Of a stretch of 54,973 bases of DNA, positions 29,066-38,563 are shown one piece after another. Below the pieces are notes generated by a model. That model was not told where the DNA came from. It did not search any database and saw only the letters and a program-made list of their open reading frames with translations. Numbering within the stretch: the first letter of the stretch is position 1; every line of letters begins with the position of its first letter. The position numbers and the translations under genes are program-made. The DNA is taken from positions 1 to 54,973 of the forward strand of contig JBHLMP010000021.1 of NCBI GenBank assembly GCA_048938025.1. Reading direction: 5' to 3'. Source of the stretch: Promethearchaeota archaeon. Lineage in GTDB: Archaea > Asgardarchaeota > Lokiarchaeia > Sigyniarchaeales > SOKP01.

Positions 29066-30631
29066 TTACATTTGTTCCTGCTTGACAAAAAAGTCTGCTG
29101 CTAGGTTAATATCCTCCTTAGTCAATGCTCTTCCTAAGGAATTTTGTAATTCTGATATTAATAGTTCACACAATTTTAAACTCAAGGTACTACCTTTTTC
29201 AGTTATCATGTTTTGTAACTCGGTAGCGAAGTCACCTAATTTAGCTTCATCTTTTTTTACCTGTGATTCATCCAATTTTGGAAATAAATCAGTAGGCAAT
29301 TTAGTTTCTTTAATTTTCACTTCTTTTTCGGTGGGTATTACTATCTTTAAATCTTTTGGAGTTAATGTAAGTTTTTTAGGTTTGGGAGTAACTTCCTCAG
29401 TTTTGAAAATTTTCAATTCTTTTGGTTTCTTTTCTAGTTGTTTAAATGACACCATTTTATCAGTCGTCTTAATAGCTGTGTCAAATGCTTTTGTTTGAAC
29501 AGAATCCTCTGGTATAGGTTTTGTACTAGGCAGAGGTTTTACCATTACTTTTTTCGCAAATTTTAATTTAGCAGGGACTGCAAATTCTTTCTTTCTATCC
29601 ATTTCTTTTCTAATCTTTACTTTTTCGTCAATTATTTTTCTAAGATTATCTGCTTTTGTTTGAAGACTTGGTAAATACATAAAATCTTGATATAAATTAC
29701 ATACATTGATTAATTCATTATATTTCGCTAATGCTTGGACATTATTTCCAACAGTAACTAATTCATCAGCTTCTTTTATTAATTCGTTAAAATTTGGTGG
29801 TAGTGTTTCCTTTAAACCTACAGTCTTTTTTATTAATTCCTCAATATTTTGTTTTACTTCAGGATCATTTAGAGAAAGTTCAATAAAATCATCTATATCT
29901 AATTCGTTCTTAATTCTTCTTATATCTTCATCATCTACTAAATCTCGTTTATTAGCAATCATTAATAATCTGGAAAAATTACTTTCAAGTTTATGCAAAT
30001 TTATAAAATGATTAAATACCTTCAAATGATAGTTTGATAAGTCAAATAATAGAATAACTAAATCAGATCCACTGATGAACTTAGACCACAAAGGAGAAAA
30101 ATTATCTTTTATTTGAAAATCCCATAAATCAAAATTTAAACCATCCATCTCAAAAATTGATGATTTAGCAAAATTCATTATTGATCTTTCTCCACCACTA
30201 CGGAGCATGTTATAGAGTGTTGTTTTTCCAGAACCAGTTGGTCCAATAATTGATATCTTTGAGTGAAGATCTTTTTGGATCAAATCTAAGAAGCGCATAA
30301 ACTCATATTTGGAAGGACTTGATTCTCTAATCTTAGAGGGGTCAGGAAATAATTCGTTAAACTTTTCCATCGTATTTTTTATAATATCATTCAAGATGTC
30401 AAGTGAATCGACTAAATCAGCTATAAACAAAAAATACAATTCTCCAGTTCCCCTATGAAATATCTGAAAATTTGAAACCGGACGACTAAATGTTTTACCA
30501 GACAGTGGCATATCGATATATTCTTGGATAATTTCTTTAACGTTATTTAATTCCTTGCCACTTAATGCCATTGCATAATCCTTACAAAATAGATGTTCAG
30601 CTTTAAGAAAAATGTGAATTTGTCTTAACAT
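29066..30631 (-). CDS. Longin-like + small GTPase (degenerate G3) + helical/low-complexity C-terminus
   Basis: N-terminal MLRQIHIF...LYFLFIAD...KFNELF longin pattern; G1 GPTGSGKTT, G3 WDFQIK, G4 ANKRD. Confidence 0.8.
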   Translation of the reverse strand: MLRQIHIFLKAEHLFCKDYAMALSGKELNNVKEIIQEYIDMPLSGKTFSRPVSNFQIFHRGTGELYFLFIADLVDSLDILNDIIKNTMEKFNELFPDPSKIRESSPSKYEFMRFLDLIQKDLHSKISIIGPTGSGKTTLYNMLRSGGERSIMNFAKSSIFEMDGLNFDLWDFQIKDNFSPLWSKFISGSDLVILLFDLSNYHLKVFNHFINLHKLESNFSRLLMIANKRDLVDDEDIRRIKNELDIDDFIELSLNDPEVKQNIEELIKKTVGLKETLPPNFNELIKEADELVTVGNNVQALAKYNELINVCNLYQDFMYLPSLQTKADNLRKIIDEKVKIRKEMDRKKEFAVPAKLKFAKKVMVKPLPSTKPIPEDSVQTKAFDTAIKTTDKMVSFKQLEKKPKELKIFKTEEVTPKPKKLTLTPKDLKIVIPTEKEVKIKETKLPTDLFPKLDESQVKKDEAKLGDFATELQNMITEKGSTLSLKLCELLISELQNSLGRALTKEDINLAADFFVKQEQM

Positions 30632-30827
30632 ATTCTACTTATCCTAACACATTCTATTCTATCCTACAAAGAAAGAAGTAATACTTCTTAATAATTCTTT
30701 ATAATTCCTTTCTAATAAAAGTTTAAGTATTTTTATAGAATAATATAAAATTGATAAAAAATATTAGATTTGAAATTAATTTCTTTATAAGATCTATAAT
30801 AAAATTTTGATATTCTAATTCAAAAAA

Positions 30828-31784
30828 ATGCCTTTACAACCAGAACATCTATTAGATTATTTGGCAAATGAATCAGAAACTAAATACAAGTCAGATTTGA
30901 TTGACTTATTAATGAATAGAATTGATAAATTATGTTTTGAAGAATGTCAGATTGATAGAATTCAATGTACATTGACGCCATTATGTGCTAGACGCTTTTT
31001 ATTGAAACTAAGAATAAAAAATGGTTTAATATTAGATGATCTGCCAAAATTTTGTTATAGCGTTCATAAAGGGGTCATCGAAAGGGATTTTAGAAATAAG
31101 ACTGTTGTATATAGACCGTATGATACTTATTTATATCTAATAGACTTTTTAGATATCTTTTTTCATGGAGATTATCGAAAGTTAAATAAATTTATTTCTT
31201 TCCAAAAATGGAAAGATGCTTTAAAGATATTCGATGATAGGATTCAAAATCGAAATGAGAATTTTAAATACATATTAATGAATAATTATATGATTTTCAA
31301 ATATGATGATCGTATACATGTTATCTTTATTAATGAAAAATATGTTCTTTGTAATGCTAATCGCGAAAATATTGTTAGTCTTGAATTATTGTTGGGTTTA
31401 ATCATATTGTATGCTCAAATCTATTTTCCTGAGGTTAGTATGAAACTAATTCCATCCAAATATGTATCAATTTCAACAATGGTGCCTCATGATGTGCTTT
31501 TAAAAATTAAAGATAAACGTCCAGAAGAGAATATTTCAAAAATAGATCAATATTTTTGGAATGTTTTTGTAGAAGATCTAGATGCTCTTACACAGTATTG
31601 TGAAGAAATACATTTACAAATGGATGATAAAGAAAACTTAGAAATAATGTTGAATATTAGTGTAGAATCTAATGATTATATAGGATATAATAAGCGGTTA
31701 CCTTTAAGATTTAGAGATTTACGATTAATATTTAATTTTATTACGCGAATTTATAATGATTATTATATTATTTGGGTAGATTAG
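30828..31784 (+). CDS. Hypothetical protein with N-terminal Cys cluster
   Basis: 318-aa ORF; CFEECQIDRIQCTLTPLC...FCY. Confidence 0.75.
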   Translation: MPLQPEHLLDYLANESETKYKSDLIDLLMNRIDKLCFEECQIDRIQCTLTPLCARRFLLKLRIKNGLILDDLPKFCYSVHKGVIERDFRNKTVVYRPYDTYLYLIDFLDIFFHGDYRKLNKFISFQKWKDALKIFDDRIQNRNENFKYILMNNYMIFKYDDRIHVIFINEKYVLCNANRENIVSLELLLGLIILYAQIYFPEVSMKLIPSKYVSISTMVPHDVLLKIKDKRPEENISKIDQYFWNVFVEDLDALTQYCEEIHLQMDDKENLEIMLNISVESNDYIGYNKRLPLRFRDLRLIFNFITRIYNDYYIIWVD

Positions 31785-31813
31785 ATAAATTAAAAAATAA
31801 GAGGTTAATAATA

Positions 31814-33058
31814 ATGAATGAGGTTGAGAATAATGGTAATAAAATTCAAATGATTAAAGATCTTATAAAAGATGGAAGAATCGATGATGCTGTGAAAATA
31901 ATCGCACTTTATTTGGGTGATTCAACAGAAGAAAATTATATTGAAAAATTAGAAAATATTATAGAAACGTTATTACCTCTTCATGGAGGGAGAACAGTAT
32001 TAAGATTTTTGATTGAAAACTTAATTATTGATATACCTACTTTATTAGAAAATCTTTCAAAAAAAGACTCATTACTAAGATATACTTTTTTACTATTACT
32101 GAAAACAATCTGTGAAAATGAATATGATTTATTCCTCCCATATAGTCAAGATTTATTAAATTCTGATGATCCTAATGTCCGAGAAGCGGCTTTACAATTA
32201 TTGATATATATGGCAGGAGGAGAAACTGATATTGACGATGAAGCGATTATTAAGACAATTATGTTAAAGTTAACAGATGAAAAAGATTTTGTAGTTGAAA
32301 AGGCTATTCAAACTTTAAAAGCGATAGGTAGAAAAAACCCGACCGTATTAACAAGAATCTTAACTGATTATGCAAAAGAAATACTAAATGTTCCTGAAAA
32401 TGAAGATTTAAAGAAATCAATAGACTCAATATTAAAATCCATAGTTTCCATTGATAAAATAGGAGAATTAGTAGAAGAAGAAAAGATGGAAAAACATTTG
32501 GAAAAGGAAGAATCAGAAATTTTAGATAAAAAATTGGAACTAAAAAAGAAAGGATTAGAGATTAAAAAGAAAAAATTGGAATTAGAAGAAAAAGAGAAAG
32601 AAATTGAAGAAAAGGCAATACAAACGAAAGAAGAGACATTAAGATTGAAAGAGGAAATAATAACGAAAGAACAAGAATTAACAGAAGATATAGAAAGTAA
32701 AGAAAAGCTTGCAAAAGTAAAAATACCAAAAAAGCTAAAGAAGGAAGAATCAGAAATAATTGATAAAGAATTGGAACTAAAAAAGAAAGATATAGAAATT
32801 AAAAAGAAAAAATTGGAATTAGAAGAAAAAGAGAAGGCATTAGAAGAAAAAGAAATCTTAGAGAAAGAAAAGACCTTAAAATTAAAAGAAGAATTAATTG
32901 AAAAAGAAAAGGAATTATCTCAAGTAGAGTTAGAACTAAAGCAAAAAACGATTGAACAAAAAGAACAGAAACTTAAAGAAGAAGAAACAAGAAGGATTAA
33001 AGAAGAGCTTAAAAAGATAGAACCTGACGAAGAAAAAAATAAAGAATTCCAGGAATGA
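31814..33058 (+). CDS. HEAT-repeat protein with long charged coiled-coil tail
   Basis: LLNSDDPNVREAALQLL and LTDEKDFVVEKAIQTLKAIG; E/K-rich C-terminal half; ATG 31814 follows GAGGT. Confidence 0.8.
   Translation: MNEVENNGNKIQMIKDLIKDGRIDDAVKIIALYLGDSTEENYIEKLENIIETLLPLHGGRTVLRFLIENLIIDIPTLLENLSKKDSLLRYTFLLLLKTICENEYDLFLPYSQDLLNSDDPNVREAALQLLIYMAGGETDIDDEAIIKTIMLKLTDEKDFVVEKAIQTLKAIGRKNPTVLTRILTDYAKEILNVPENEDLKKSIDSILKSIVSIDKIGELVEEEKMEKHLEKEESEILDKKLELKKKGLEIKKKKLELEEKEKEIEEKAIQTKEETLRLKEEIITKEQELTEDIESKEKLAKVKIPKKLKKEESEIIDKELELKKKDIEIKKKKLELEEKEKALEEKEILEKEKTLKLKEELIEKEKELSQVELELKQKTIEQKEQKLKEEETRRIKEELKKIEPDEEKNKEFQE
32504..32836 (+). repeat. Intragenic direct repeat, about 95 bp, 237-bp period
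   Basis: aaggaagaatcagaaat...attaaaaagaaaaaattggaattagaagaaaaagagaa starts at both 32504 and 32741. Confidence 0.8.
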
Positions 33059-33061
33059 ATT

Positions 33062-34087
33062 TCATTCCTCATCAAAATCAATACTAGATTGAGGTTTATT
33101 CTCGGTAATAGGAGCTTTATGTAACCTTCTTACTAATTTTCGAACTTCTTCTATTTTCATACTTTCTGGAGCTAAACTCAATTGAATTTTTTTTGCTAGA
33201 TCATATGCTAGCTCAATGTAATTTAGATCTTCGAGGAATTCGACAATTTGAATTTTATAATCTGTATCTTCTACACCTTCTCCATATTCTAATAATTTTT
33301 CTTTAAGTAAAATATCTATTTTATCAGATCTCTCAACATATTTTACCTTTTTGACTAATTGCTTAAAGCTGTTCATTATATTGTAAATTTCAGATTTAGC
33401 ATAGCTATCAATATTTTTCAAAACATGAAAAATATAAATTTCAGCTTTTTCCCATCTTTTAAATTTTAAACTGGATTCAATTAATTCTAAAAGAGCTAAC
33501 TCATAGAGAAATTTACTTTCAATATTAGGTATAATTTTTTCAAAGATCCAGTCTAATAAATTAGGTAAATCGAACTTCTCAACGATATCTAGTAAGAATT
33601 TCTCTACAGTAAAATATAACTTTGCATTTTCTGTTTTTGTAGAAGTTAGGAATGACACTAAAGCATACTTAACTCTACCCATAGCATCTTCAAGATTTAA
33701 AGGTTTTTCTGCAAATTTGTAAAATGCTGATTCTAAAATCGGTTGAACTTTATCTTTAACATTGAAATCATATACAAAATATTCACCCCAACTTGGCGTT
33801 GGTCCAATATTTTTTCCAGATTTCGTAGATTGTTTCTGCTTGGGTTTTTGAGGTAATTTTGGTTGTTTAGTCTTTAATTCATCAGATAGTTGTTTTGCTT
33901 GTTCTTCAGATATAAATTCAAGAATTATTTTATCTTTTTCTTTTGGAACAGTTAATCGGAAAAATACGTCTACTTCTTGATCTTCAAATAATATATCTCT
34001 TAAATTCTTTGGAAAGGTAATTCCAGTTTTAGTTTTTTTAACTATTTCCTCAAATAAAGGAGTACCTTTGGAATTCTCTTCTTCCAT
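33062..34087 (-). CDS. Hypothetical protein, AbrB/SpoVT-like N-terminus plus alpha-solenoid-like C-terminus
   Basis: KTKTGITFPKNLRDILF resembles the AbrB GxITIPKxxRxxL motif; the rest is amphipathic helices. Confidence 0.6.
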   Translation of the reverse strand: MEEENSKGTPLFEEIVKKTKTGITFPKNLRDILFEDQEVDVFFRLTVPKEKDKIILEFISEEQAKQLSDELKTKQPKLPQKPKQKQSTKSGKNIGPTPSWGEYFVYDFNVKDKVQPILESAFYKFAEKPLNLEDAMGRVKYALVSFLTSTKTENAKLYFTVEKFLLDIVEKFDLPNLLDWIFEKIIPNIESKFLYELALLELIESSLKFKRWEKAEIYIFHVLKNIDSYAKSEIYNIMNSFKQLVKKVKYVERSDKIDILLKEKLLEYGEGVEDTDYKIQIVEFLEDLNYIELAYDLAKKIQLSLAPESMKIEEVRKLVRRLHKAPITENKPQSSIDFDEE

Positions 34088-34160
34088 ATTATTAAATTAT
34101 TTAGTTATTTTATAACTATTTCTTAGTATTTTATTATTAATTTAATTTATTTTTTTATTA

Positions 34161-34754
34161 TTATCCTGTAATATTAACTAATTCTATTCCACGTACATCA
34201 AAATTCTGGTCAATAAAGCATAAAATGGCGTGTCCCTCATGAACATATACTATTGGAACAGGATAAGATTCAGCATTTTCAATAAAATTTTTTTTAATAA
34301 ATAAAGTTAGAACTTTATTACATACTCTACATTCAACATTTATTCTTTTTATTAAGCCTAAATCTGCAAACTTTTCGATAATATCTTCAATTTCATTTTT
34401 AAAAGCATTAAAAATATTAATAGAAAAATTTCCATAAGACAAAATTACATCCACATCATATATCTCATGAAATTTAAGACTTACATGATCCAACAAAGCT
34501 TCCAGTAATTGAAATTGTACCTCATTTCTAGAACCAACAGTATATATTAAATTATCTTTTCTGATATGTATAATTTTCATATTTCCTTTAGTTAAATGAA
34601 AGAAAATATCGTTAACTGGATTTTGTTTGACAATATTTAAGTCTAAATCATACCTTTTATATGATCTAGCTGGTTTCCACTCAAATAAGGTGAACTTCTC
34701 AGTACTTATATTGATAAATTCAAGATACTCTCCGATATTTTTATATATAGGCAT
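34161..34754 (-). CDS. Longin-like domain + C-terminal CxxC/HxxH zinc domain
   Basis: GNMKIIHIRKDNLIYTVGS...LLDHVSLKFHEIY; ECRVC...YVHEGHAILCFIDQNFDVRG. Confidence 0.65.
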   Translation of the reverse strand: MPIYKNIGEYLEFINISTEKFTLFEWKPARSYKRYDLDLNIVKQNPVNDIFFHLTKGNMKIIHIRKDNLIYTVGSRNEVQFQLLEALLDHVSLKFHEIYDVDVILSYGNFSINIFNAFKNEIEDIIEKFADLGLIKRINVECRVCNKVLTLFIKKNFIENAESYPVPIVYVHEGHAILCFIDQNFDVRGIELVNITG

Positions 34755-35038
34755 TTAACTCACATTAAATGAAATTAAATCTTAATGAAATATAAGAATA
34801 ATAATTTAAAATTACTATTATAACTAATTAATGGCGATTTCAATATAAATATCTTTCATGCTTTCTTTTTTTGTTTAAGATAAAATTGCTATTTTCTATA
34901 TAAATTTTAGCAATTAAGGTTAAAAGCCATGTTTTAAAGTTCTTAATAAATAATATAAATTATATAAAGGAAGATTTTCAATTTTTAATTACTCTCCTTG
35001 ATTAATAATTTGAAAATTTCATTAAAGAGTGAGCAATT

Positions 35039-35881
35039 TTGGATAAAAAGAAAATTAAAAGAGGATTTGACTTTTTTCAAGAAACACATATAGCAAAAGA
35101 GTATGAAAATTTATCTTTTTTTATAGTATTGGTTCAACCTGAGCATGCCGGGAATATTGGTTCTATATCACGTGTAATGGAAAATTTCAATTTCAAAAAA
35201 CTGGTTATATTCAATCCAATTGAAGAAATTGAAAAAATATTCAGTTATGAAACCCAAGGATTTGCTATGCATGGAAAAGATATTCTTTTGGATGCTGAAG
35301 TAATAATTATTCAAGACCAAGAAGAATATCTCTCTAAATTTAAAAAGTATCTAGAAGGATTTGATTTAGTTATTGCTACAACTGCTAAAGGCCAAAGTTA
35401 CTCAAATATTAGAAGATTAGCGATTTTCCCTGAAGACTTAATATTTCCAAAATCCGAAATCCCATTAAAAATAGCTATACTTTTTGGTAAGGAGTCAAGA
35501 GGTTTAACTAATGAAGAACTCAACTTTGTAGATATATTATTAAGAATCCCTACAGGATCCAATTATCCTACTTTAAATATTTCACACGCTTGTGGAATAG
35601 TATTATATGAAATATTTAAAAAAATAAGCGTATTAACAATTGGAAGAGGTAAAAAACCTGTTCTTTATGCAAATAAAGAAGATCGTCTTACTCTTTATAA
35701 CTTTATAGATTGTCTTATTGAAAAGTTGAAAATAAGATCTCATAAAAAAGAAAATGTATTTTTTGCGTTTAAAAATGTTTTTGAACGTGCTTTTATGTCA
35801 AAAAAAGAATTGCGTTTAATAACAGGATTATTTTCTAAAGTAAATTCAATATTTAGTAATATAAGATTATATGAAAGTTGA
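35039..35881 (+). CDS. trmJ: SPOUT tRNA methyltransferase, TrmJ/LasT family
   Basis: VLVQPEHAGNIGSISRVMENF, IATTA, FGKESRGLTNEEL, IPT..YPTLNISHA. Confidence 0.9.
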   Translation: MDKKKIKRGFDFFQETHIAKEYENLSFFIVLVQPEHAGNIGSISRVMENFNFKKLVIFNPIEEIEKIFSYETQGFAMHGKDILLDAEVIIIQDQEEYLSKFKKYLEGFDLVIATTAKGQSYSNIRRLAIFPEDLIFPKSEIPLKIAILFGKESRGLTNEELNFVDILLRIPTGSNYPTLNISHACGIVLYEIFKKISVLTIGRGKKPVLYANKEDRLTLYNFIDCLIEKLKIRSHKKENVFFAFKNVFERAFMSKKELRLITGLFSKVNSIFSNIRLYES

Positions 35882-35915
35882 TTTAAGAAAATTAAAAAAA
35901 ATTAAATTAAAAAAC

Positions 35916-36566
35916 TTAAATAAGATATTTTTGCTGTAATTCAACATAATCATAATAATCTTGAAATTCTTCTTCTACAAATTCCAAAGTTATCTCGTAA
36001 AATTGTCGAAACAGTTCTTCTGGAAAGATATTCTCCTCAAAAATTATTTTTGAAATTAATTGTTCAGTTAAAATTTGTGAGTTGATTGGCTTATTATATA
36101 ATAAAAACTTCATCATAGATTTTTCAACAGTAGTTTTAACTATATTTTTCACAAACTTTAAACCTAAGTCAGAATCTGGGTCAAGAAAATATGGATAATT
36201 CATGTCATCCAAGATTGTTATCAAGTTTAATTTGCTTGAGATCTTATCCACTCCATATTCTAATGAACTAATCTGAATTCCAAACTTCTCACAAAAATCC
36301 TGTTTTGATTCATGAAGAGGAAATGCTAAAGGGTGTCTTGAGACGATGTAATATGCAGAAATTAGGAATTTAAACAAGTTATGAGGAATTTTTTCACAGT
36401 TACTCAAATATCGATATATTAATGTAACTGTATCTAGTAATAAATCAAAATTAATGTCGAGTTGTTCCAAAAATTCTTGGCTATCTTTTAATAAATCAAC
36501 CGTTATCCTTTCTTTTGTATTAAGTATTTCATAATTTGGTGTATAAAGTTCTAACATTTCACACAC
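35916..36566 (-). CDS. Hypothetical helical protein, possible TFIIB/cyclin-like repeat
   Basis: ISAYYIVSRHPLAFPLHESKQDFCEKFGIQISSL resembles a TFB core repeat; CDS firm, fold speculative. Confidence 0.65.
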   Translation of the reverse strand: MCEMLELYTPNYEILNTKERITVDLLKDSQEFLEQLDINFDLLLDTVTLIYRYLSNCEKIPHNLFKFLISAYYIVSRHPLAFPLHESKQDFCEKFGIQISSLEYGVDKISSKLNLITILDDMNYPYFLDPDSDLGLKFVKNIVKTTVEKSMMKFLLYNKPINSQILTEQLISKIIFEENIFPEELFRQFYEITLEFVEEEFQDYYDYVELQQKYLI

Positions 36567-36630
36567 ACATTCGATACTTATTATTGTCGGAAAATATAAT
36601 TTGTGGATAATATTAAAATGACATCCGTGA

Positions 36631-36660
36631 TATATAAATGCATCGTTTGTGATGCATTTA
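36631..36660. promoter_or_regulatory. TATA box overlapped by a perfect 10-bp inverted repeat (putative operator)
   Basis: TAAATGCATC-gtttgt-GATGCATTTA at 36635-36660 with TATATAAA at 36631, between divergent genes. Confidence 0.6.
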
Positions 36661-36744
36661 ATGATCGCTGAAACAGAAGATTTAAATATTCAAAATTTTT
36701 TCTCTTTAATAAGTAATTTCAATTTTGTCGTATTGATCTGAAAA

Positions 36745-37155
36745 ATGCCATCAAATTCTACGGAAATGCCTAGAATAACTGTTAGTCTTGATTTATTTGA
36801 TGAGACAATTATAAGTATGATGGCTAAAAAAAGACGTAAATCAAAATCTGAAGCGGTACGTTTTATTGTAACTCAATGGATCTCTTCAAATTCGAATTTA
36901 TTAAAAGAGCAATTCGGTATTGACACTGAACATGTAAGTAAAGAATTAGAAATTGAAGATATAGATGATTTTATCAAAGAAAAAATTAAACAGCTCATGG
37001 AATTTTCAAAAACTTTTAAAAGCATCGATATTGATTTGCTTGCCGAGAGCCTTGAAATGAGCCGAAAACGATTAGTTGAAATAATTTTTAAACATCATGA
37101 TAAATTCGAAATAGAGCTTAGAATAGAAGGAAATCAAGTTATTAAAGAAGTGTAA
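36745..37155 (+). CDS. Ribbon-helix-helix (CopG-like) regulator with C-terminal winged-helix/PCI-like domain
   Basis: PRITVSLD...MAKKRRKSKSEAVRFIV; SIDIDLLAESLEMSRKRLVEII...LRIEGNQV. Confidence 0.7.
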   Translation: MPSNSTEMPRITVSLDLFDETIISMMAKKRRKSKSEAVRFIVTQWISSNSNLLKEQFGIDTEHVSKELEIEDIDDFIKEKIKQLMEFSKTFKSIDIDLLAESLEMSRKRLVEIIFKHHDKFEIELRIEGNQVIKEV

Positions 37156-37174
37156 TTTAGATTATTGCAAAGAG

Positions 37175-37444
37175 TTGGTTGAAATGAGTTCTGGAAAACT
37201 GGTAAAATTTTACAATGATGTTTTAAAAAGCAGATATAATAATTCGGTAGATCATTATTTTTCTCTTTCTAATTGTGTAGTTTCATTTTCTTCTTTGTCT
37301 AAAAACAAACAAACTTCTTGGATTTATTTCGGAAATGAAAAGATACCATTTAAAGAGAGACATCCAGTATTCAAGATGATATTAAGAAATGAATTTTCTA
37401 ATGCTATAAAGGAATTTAGTAGAAACCTTAATAAAAATAAATAA
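37175..37444 (+). CDS. Small hypothetical protein (paralog of 41965-42222)
   Basis: IYFGNEKIPFKERHPVFKMILRNEFSNAIKEF is shared with the 41965 ORF. Confidence 0.7.
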   Translation: MVEMSSGKLVKFYNDVLKSRYNNSVDHYFSLSNCVVSFSSLSKNKQTSWIYFGNEKIPFKERHPVFKMILRNEFSNAIKEFSRNLNKNK

Positions 37445-37539
37445 AGATTTTTTGACATTAATAGGAAAAAAGTATTGTGTTAAAAAATACTAATTTTTCT
37501 CTTTAGACGTATTAATTTATATTTAGTAAGAAAAGTCCA

Positions 37540-37553
37540 AATTATTTAAATAA
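37540..37553 (+). promoter_or_regulatory. Probable TATA element of surface-protein copy 1
   Basis: AATTATTTAAATAA is conserved at an equivalent position upstream of both paralogs (37540 and 38490). Confidence 0.5.
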
Positions 37554-37617
37554 CTGAAGTACTAATATCAATTTATCTAAAAAAATTTTATAAGAAAAAA
37601 GCCTATATTGAAAGAAA

Positions 37618-38343
37618 ATGATAAAAAGAAATGCATTATTAGCTGTTTTTGGTATTCTTGTCTTTTTTTCAGTATTAAATTTCTTGCCAGTCGTAAATGG
37701 TTATGATTATATATTTACTGATGTTGAAGACGATGTTTATAGATATTGTGAAAGTACTGATCAAACAGTTGTTGGAGATTATCATGACGAAATTGATATT
37801 GTTAAACTTAATGTTACTGGAAAGTACGCAAGTTTTACTGTAGCAGGTGATCTTGGTGATTGGAACGGTAGTTATTGGGCCGCTCTTATTTTTTCTTCTC
37901 AATTTATTCCATGGGAGGGTCCTCTCAATTTTGCCTGGAGGGTTCCTTATTATTATATAGATTTTGACTCCCCTTCTTTTGTATCTTTAGAGAGAGGTTA
38001 TAGTTTGGGAGAGGGCGATTTTGCTTATGAAGTATGGAATGGTACAGCTTGGGAAGATGAAATTACTGGTACAGCAGCAAATATACTTAATGAAAGTTCA
38101 CAACATTCAATAATTGCCTATATTCCTGATGCAGTTGAGGAAATTCCCAGCAATATGAAATGTCTGCTATATATAAAGTGTTGGGAACCCCCTTCTTATG
38201 ATTGTACGTATGCGGATTTTGCCCCTGCTCTGCCTACTGCTGGAGGAGGAGGTAACATTCCAGGTTATAACTTATTCATACTGTTCTGTGTGATGATTGG
38301 TATTTCTATACTTCTTGTAAGAAGACGAAATAAATTAAAATAA
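37618..38343 (+). CDS. Secreted surface protein with IPGY anchor, tandem copy 1
   Basis: Signal peptide, DVEDDV and DEIDIVKL acidic motifs, GGGGNIPGY-TM-RRRNK. Confidence 0.85.
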   Translation: MIKRNALLAVFGILVFFSVLNFLPVVNGYDYIFTDVEDDVYRYCESTDQTVVGDYHDEIDIVKLNVTGKYASFTVAGDLGDWNGSYWAALIFSSQFIPWEGPLNFAWRVPYYYIDFDSPSFVSLERGYSLGEGDFAYEVWNGTAWEDEITGTAANILNESSQHSIIAYIPDAVEEIPSNMKCLLYIKCWEPPSYDCTYADFAPALPTAGGGGNIPGYNLFILFCVMIGISILLVRRRNKLK

Positions 38344-38363
38344 TTTTCTTTTTTTCTTTTTAA

Positions 38364-38463
38364 TTATTCATAAAGAACGCAAGCCATCAAGGTAAATTTC
38401 CATGGAATGTCATTTCCATCATATACTAGAGATTTAACTTCATCAAAAGGTTCTTTTCCAGAA
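38364..38463 (-). pseudogene. Duplicated 3' fragment of the 39332-39691 gene
   Basis: 100 bp matching 39332-39431 with one mismatch by eye (agaacg vs aggacg). Confidence 0.85.
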
Positions 38464-38489
38464 GAAGAGAGAGGCCTCAAATTATTGCC

Positions 38490-38503
38490 AATTATTTAAA
38501 TAA
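38490..38503 (+). promoter_or_regulatory. Probable TATA element of surface-protein copy 2
   Basis: Same AATTATTTAAATAA as at 37540. Confidence 0.5.
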
Positions 38504-38563
38504 TCGATTAGCTTATTTTTATACAAAAAAGGTTAATTCTTAAAAACTATATATTGAAAGAAA

